Assembly (NCBI RefSeq): GCF_009914755.1
Contig: NC_060928.1
From: the human T2T-CHM13v2.0 reference genome, Homo sapiens
DNA length: 64,000 nucleotides
Reading direction: 5' to 3' (one strand)
The first letter of the stretch is position 1; the number at the start of each line of letters is the position of its first letter. The notes beneath the pieces are model-generated. The model was not told where the DNA came from and searched no databases. It worked only from the letters and a program-made list of their open reading frames with translations. This document shows, in pieces, positions 58,687 through 64,000 of this stretch. Position numbers and translations under genes: made by a program.

Positions 58687-59782
58687 ATATTATGAAGAAA
58701 ATAAGCAAACAAGAACATTTTTAAAGGAAACAAGGTTATGGTATACAATAGGGGATTAGTTAAATTGTGGATAGTGGAATACCATGCAGCCACTACAATT
58801 TATGTAATAAATAAAATTAATGGCATGAAAACATGTTCACAAAATATTGGTGAAAAAAGTAATTATAAAAAATAATATGAAAAATATGATCATCATTTTT
58901 ATTAAAATGTATATGTTTATATGACATATGAACATAGTCATAAACAACTGCTATTGAGAGGTGACAGTAGAGTAACCTTAGACATAGAATGACCTTAGAT
59001 TGTAAATCCAAAGCCACAGGAAATATCGAGAATTTAATCAGATATCACTTTAGTATCTTTAAGAATTGTCTGTCCCTACCATACAAGAATGATGTATATC
59101 AAAATGTTTACTATGACCTGGATGATGATAACAAGTGTGATTTTCATTTTCTAAGCTTTTAATGCTGTGTTTTTAGGTGTTTTAGAGTTTCTAAATGGAA
59201 TTATAACTGAAGTTTTGACTGAGTCACCAAGATTAAGTAGAATTACATAAGGTGAGACATGAGGCAAAGATGCAAATTTTCAAAGGGAATATCTAGACAT
59301 TCTAAGAGTCCATAACTCCTAAACCTCTCACCCACAAGAAGGCTAAAGAACAGTGGGGCTTAGTGATTGGGAAAGAATCTGAAAATGGATTTGTAAGGAA
59401 AATTTCTTTGCGGAAATTTTCTGTTCTGTTCTAGTGCTTGGCCCTCACATCAAGCCTATAAAGAGGGCGTTCAATTCAGTTTCCTATGTGCCACTTACAG
59501 TTCAGGGGGAGCAATGAACTTGTGTCTGATTCTCACCTGGAAGGCACTGGCAAGCCCCCTCAATAATGGGATCAAAGGTGAGTTTGTTGCACTAGGTGAC
59601 CCAAAAGTCTGAAATTTGTTGGGACAAAGGATGTATGAGTATTTCTTTTAGACTAGATGTGTCACTTGAGAAAAGCCATGCTGAAGCCATTTTAAACCTA
59701 GTCCAACAGAGTATCCTGGAACAGAGTGATCTGTCCAACAGAGTAACCTGGAAGGGTGATGTGACTTACCAGAAATAGTCTG

Positions 59783-60267
59783 TGCGATAGTTAACTTTAT
59801 GTGTCAATTTGGCTAGGCTATGGTATCCAGTTGTTTGATCAAACACTAGTCTAGATGTTTCTGTGAGGGTACTTCTTAGATGAGATTAACATTTTAATCA
59901 CTAGACTTTAAGGAAAGCAGATTATACTCCATAATGGGGGTGGGCCTCATTTAATCAGTGGAAGGCCTTAAAAGCAAAGACTGAGGTTCCCAAAGAAGAA
60001 GCAATTCTGTCTCAAGACTGCAACACAGAAAACTGACCCGAGCTTCCAGTCTTCAGATTCAGACTCAAGTCTTATTCAGAGAAGGCTCAACTCCTCTCTG
60101 AATTTCCATCCTGCCAGCCTGGTCTACAGATTTTGGACTTGCCAGCCTCCAGTCATATGACTCAATTCCTTAAAATAACTTTCTCTCTCTCTCTCTCTTT
60201 CTCTCTCTCACTCTCGCTCTTGCTGTCATTCTTGTTTCTGTTTCTCTGAAGAACCCTGGCCAATACA
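59783..60267 (+). mobile_element. MLT2 (ERVL) solo LTR
   Basis: tgcgatagttaactttatgtgtcaatttggctaggc...(TC)n...ctgtttctctgaagaaccctggccaataca. TSD gtctg/gtcag. Confidence 0.85.
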
Positions 60268-61154
60268 GTCAGTGTCAAGTGAGCTTCTGGAACACAAAGC
60301 CTGAGAGAGGAGCTGCCAGGAGGAGGAAATTCATTGCCTGCCTCTCAGGACACACATTCAGGAGTTCTCAGAAAGACTTCTGAAGAGGAAGAGAGAGGAA
60401 GAGTCCATAGTAAACACCTGCCCAGGTCAAAGAATGCACAGCCATCTAACAAAAAGGCCCATACAGTTAGAGTTTTTCTATCCCTGTTGCTTCTCCTTCT
60501 TATATCACTACACCCCTCATCCCCACCACCACACCAATCCTGGTAAAGACAGAAAGCCACAATTAGCAAGATAAAAACAAGGGGATGGAAGCCTAACTTG
60601 AGAAAGGAAAGAGAAGGGTGATACCTCTCCTTCCTTGCCTTCCTGCCTGAAGAAAACCACCAGCCAAGGGAGTGGAAATACTTTAACCTTAAATCAAGGT
60701 CAGAGTTTGGATCATTCCTTGGGACTGGATGTCTCAATTTCTGAATTGAAACTGTGATTGTGACTATAACATTATTTTTTATTGTTATTATGTAAAAGTA
60801 AACCAGGGCGGGGAAACACTTTCTCCACTGAATATATTTTATACAGACAGTGGGAGATTAAAAAAATAAATAAATGTGCTTTTCTAATACATCCCAAGAG
60901 TCCTACCTGTTCAATGTGCCACTTATACAAATATTACTTTTTATGATTGAAAAAAAAGCCAGTATTATATTTTCAGTATTAATTTAATGAATATTTTCAT
61001 ATCACATAAATTCTAGTTTAATATATTATGTTACACTAATAATGTCTTTTATATGAGAATTTCTGTGATAAATTCTTCCAAAAATAAATTTAGTCTCCCC
61101 CAAAATTAGACTTTCCAGAAATATATATTTTTAAATTTACAATAAAAATCATAA

Positions 61155-61690
61155 TACCTTTACTCCAACAAATATTTATTGCCAACAAACTACATGCTAT
61201 CCATATGCTAATAATAACAAACTGGATATTGCTTCTGCCTTGTGAGGCTCACTTGCTGGTAAAGGAAACAGTCGTTACATAAATAAACACAGAATTACAA
61301 ATTTTAGTAAGCACTTAAGGAAAAGTATTATGTGAGAATAAATACAGAATAATAATTTAGATCAATACATTTGGAAAGTGTCCCTCTGAGGAAGTGACAT
61401 TTGAGCCTAGATCTGGATGATTTGTAGACGTTAATTAGGTAGAGAGAATCAGAACCTAGGAGAAAAGCTTCCAGATAGACAGAAGAGAGTGCCCCAAGGT
61501 CATGATGTGGAAATCCCTGGGTATACACAAGAAAGCATGCTGGATTGTAAACAGTGGAAGGGAGTGTTATGGTAAAGGAGGTTGGAGAATCAGTCAAATC
61601 ATGCACGCCTTTGTAGGACGCATTGTAAGGTTGGATTTCATCATAAGTTCCCGGAGAAGCCATCAAAGGATTTTGAGAAAAGAAAAGACA
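61155..61690 (-). mobile_element. L2 LINE fragment
   Basis: caacaaatatttattg...ctctgaggaagtgacatttgagcctagatctg...gaagccatcaaaggattttgag. Confidence 0.65.
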
Positions 61691-61692
61691 TC

Positions 61693-64000
61693 CAGGCATA
61701 TGTTGTTTTATTGCACTTCACTTTACTGTGTTTCTCAAATATTGCATTTTTTTTTATAAATTGAAGGTTTATGGCAACCCTACATTGAGCAAGTCTATTG
61801 GTGCCATTTGTCCAACAACATATGATCAGTTTGTGCCTGTGTCACATTTTGGTAATTCTTGCAATATTTCCAGCTTTTTTCATGATTATTATATCTGCTA
61901 TAGTGGTCTGTGATCAGTGATCTTTGATGTTACTATCACAATTGTTTTAGGATGTCATGAACCATACCCTTATAAGATAACAAACTTAATCAATAAATAT
62001 TGTGTGTGTTTTGACTGCTCCACTATCAGCCTTTCCCACATTTTTCTCTCTATTCTCTGGTCTACTTAATCCCTGAGACATAACAATATTGAAATCAGGC
62101 CAACCAATAATCCTACAATGATCTCTTAGCATTCAAGTGAAAGAAGAGTCTCATATCTCTCATTTTAAGTCAAACTCTAGAAGTGATTAAGCTTAGTGAA
62201 GAAGGCATGTTCAAACCAGAGATAAGCCAAAAGCTAGGCCTCTTGCACCACTTAGCCAAGTTGTGAGTGCAAAGGAAAAGTTCTTGAGGAAATTAAAAGT
62301 GCTACTTCAATGGACGTGTAAATGATAAGAAAGCAAAACAGCCTTATTCTGGATATGGAGAAAGTTTTAGTGGTCTAGAGAGAAGATCAAACCAGACAAA
62401 ACATTCCCTTAGAACTAAGCCTAATCCAGAGCAAGGCTCTAACTCTTTTCAATTCTGTGAAGGCTGAGAGAGGAGAGGAAGCTACAGAAGAAAAGTTGGA
62501 AGCTATCAGAAGTTGGTTCATGAGGTTAAAAGAAAGAAGTCATCTCCATAAGTGAAGTACAAGTAAAGCAGCAAGGTGCTGATGTAGAAGCTACAACAAA
62601 GGTGCTGATGTAGAACCTACAACAAAAGGTGCTGATGTAGAACCAACAACAGAAGGTGCTGATGTAGAAGCTACAATAAATTATCCACAAGATCTAGCTA
62701 AGATCATTGATGAATGTGGCTACACTAAACAACAGATCTTGCAATGTAAATAAAACAGACTGCTACTGGGAGAAGAGGCCATCTAGGGCTTTCATAAAGA
62801 GGACAAGTCAATATCTGCCTTCAAAGTTTCAAAGGACAGGCTGACTCTCTTATTAGGGATTAATTCAGCTTGTGTCTTTACATTGAAGCCAATGCTCACT
62901 TACCATTTTGAAAATTCTAAGGCCCTTAAGAATGATGCTCTTAATAAATCTACCCTGTCTGTGCTCTTCAAATGGAACAACAAAGCCTAGATGGCAGCAC
63001 ATCTGCCTATAGCATGGTTTATTGAACATTATGACCACTCTTGAGACCTACTGCTTAGAAAAAAAAAATTCTTTTTTGAAATATCACTGCTCATCGACAA
63101 TTCACCTGATCACTCAAGAGCTCTGACAGAGATGTACAAGGAGGTTATTGTTGATTGTCTGCTTGCTAACACAACATCCATTCTGTAGCTTATGGATCAA
63201 GGGGTAATTTCTAATTTCAAGTCTTCTTGTTTACAAAATATACTTTATAATGCCATAGCTGCAATAGAGAGTGATTTGTCTGATGGACTCGGACAATGTA
63301 AATTGAAAACCTTCAGAAAAAAGTTCACCATCTAGATGTCATCCAGAACATTTGTGATTCATGGGAAAAGGTCAAAATATCAACGTTAATAAGGGCTTGA
63401 AAGAAATTAATTCCAACTCTCATCAATGAGTTGGAGAGGTTCAAGACTTCAGTAGATGAAGTAACTATAGATATGGGGGAAATAGTAAGAAAACCAGAAT
63501 AAGAAGTGGAGCCTGAAGGTGGGATTGAATTGCTCCAATCTCATGATCAAACTTTAACAGATGAGGAATTGCTTCTGACAGATGAGCAAAGCAAGTGGTT
63601 TTTTGAGATGAAATATACCCCTGGTGAAGATATTGTAGACATTGTTGGAATGACAACAAAGGATTTAGAATATATTTATAACTTTATAAGTAATAAGATT
63701 TATAAGTTTATACTTCATTGATAAATCAGAAACAGACTGTAAGAAGATTGACCCCAATTTGAAAAAATTTCTACTGTAAGTAAAATACTGTTCAACAAAA
63801 TACTAACAATATCACAAAGCTACAGAGAAAGCTTTCATGAAAGGAAGAGTCAATAAATGCAGCAAACTTCGTTGTTATCTTATTTTAAGAAATTGCTATA
63901 CCCAGTCCAACTTTCATAAGTCACCACCATGATCAGTCAGCAGCCATCAACACTGAGGTAAGATCTTCCACCAGCAAAAAGGTTATGACTTGCTGAAGGC
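61693..64000 (+). mobile_element. Tigger1 DNA transposon (TcMar/pogo), near full length, runs off the window; transposase decayed
   Basis: 5' end caggcatatgttgttttattgcacttcacttta. Transposase start region cctacaATG at 62118. Remnant peptide [31 protein letters not shown]. Window ends in ccaccagcaaaaaggttatgacttgctgaaggc. Confidence 0.92.
62573..62678 (+). repeat. 26-27-bp minisatellite x4 inside Tigger1
   Basis: Unit aaggtgctgatgtagaa(g/c)c(t/a)acaa, starting at 62573, 62599, 62626 and 62653. Confidence 0.93.

Noticed and set aside
62573-62678. Direct repeats resembling a CRISPR array
   Set aside because: Head-to-tail units with no unique spacers, inside a eukaryotic Tigger1, and no cas genes.

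Overview
Primate (very likely human) genomic DNA, not microbial. The first ~22 kb is the 3' end of PARM1 (prostate androgen-regulated mucin-like protein 1) on the + strand. It comprises a 79-nt transmembrane exon (6022-6100), a ~12.2-kb last intron and a terminal exon (CDS 18302-18386) with a ~3.9-kb 3' UTR ending near an ATTAAA at 22232. The rest is repeat-rich, apparently intergenic DNA: a MER52 solo LTR, several Alus, MaLR/ERVL LTRs, a full-length but disrupted L1PA (46358-52537, minus strand, 14-bp TSD), an atypical tail-less internal L1 fragment, a GGAA microsatellite and a Tigger1 running off the right edge. Nearly all ORF-track entries are spurious or repeat-derived. I see no evidence of a wholly new biological system. 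The best leads are (i) an open L1 ORF0 homolog with candidate splice routes out of the element, (ii) possible routes to a soluble, TM-less PARM1 isoform, (iii) two non-canonical retrotransposition products and (iv) an ancient ~120-bp inverted duplication. Repeat subfamily names come from recalled consensus sequences and need RepeatMasker/Dfam confirmation. Boundaries without a TSD are approximate.
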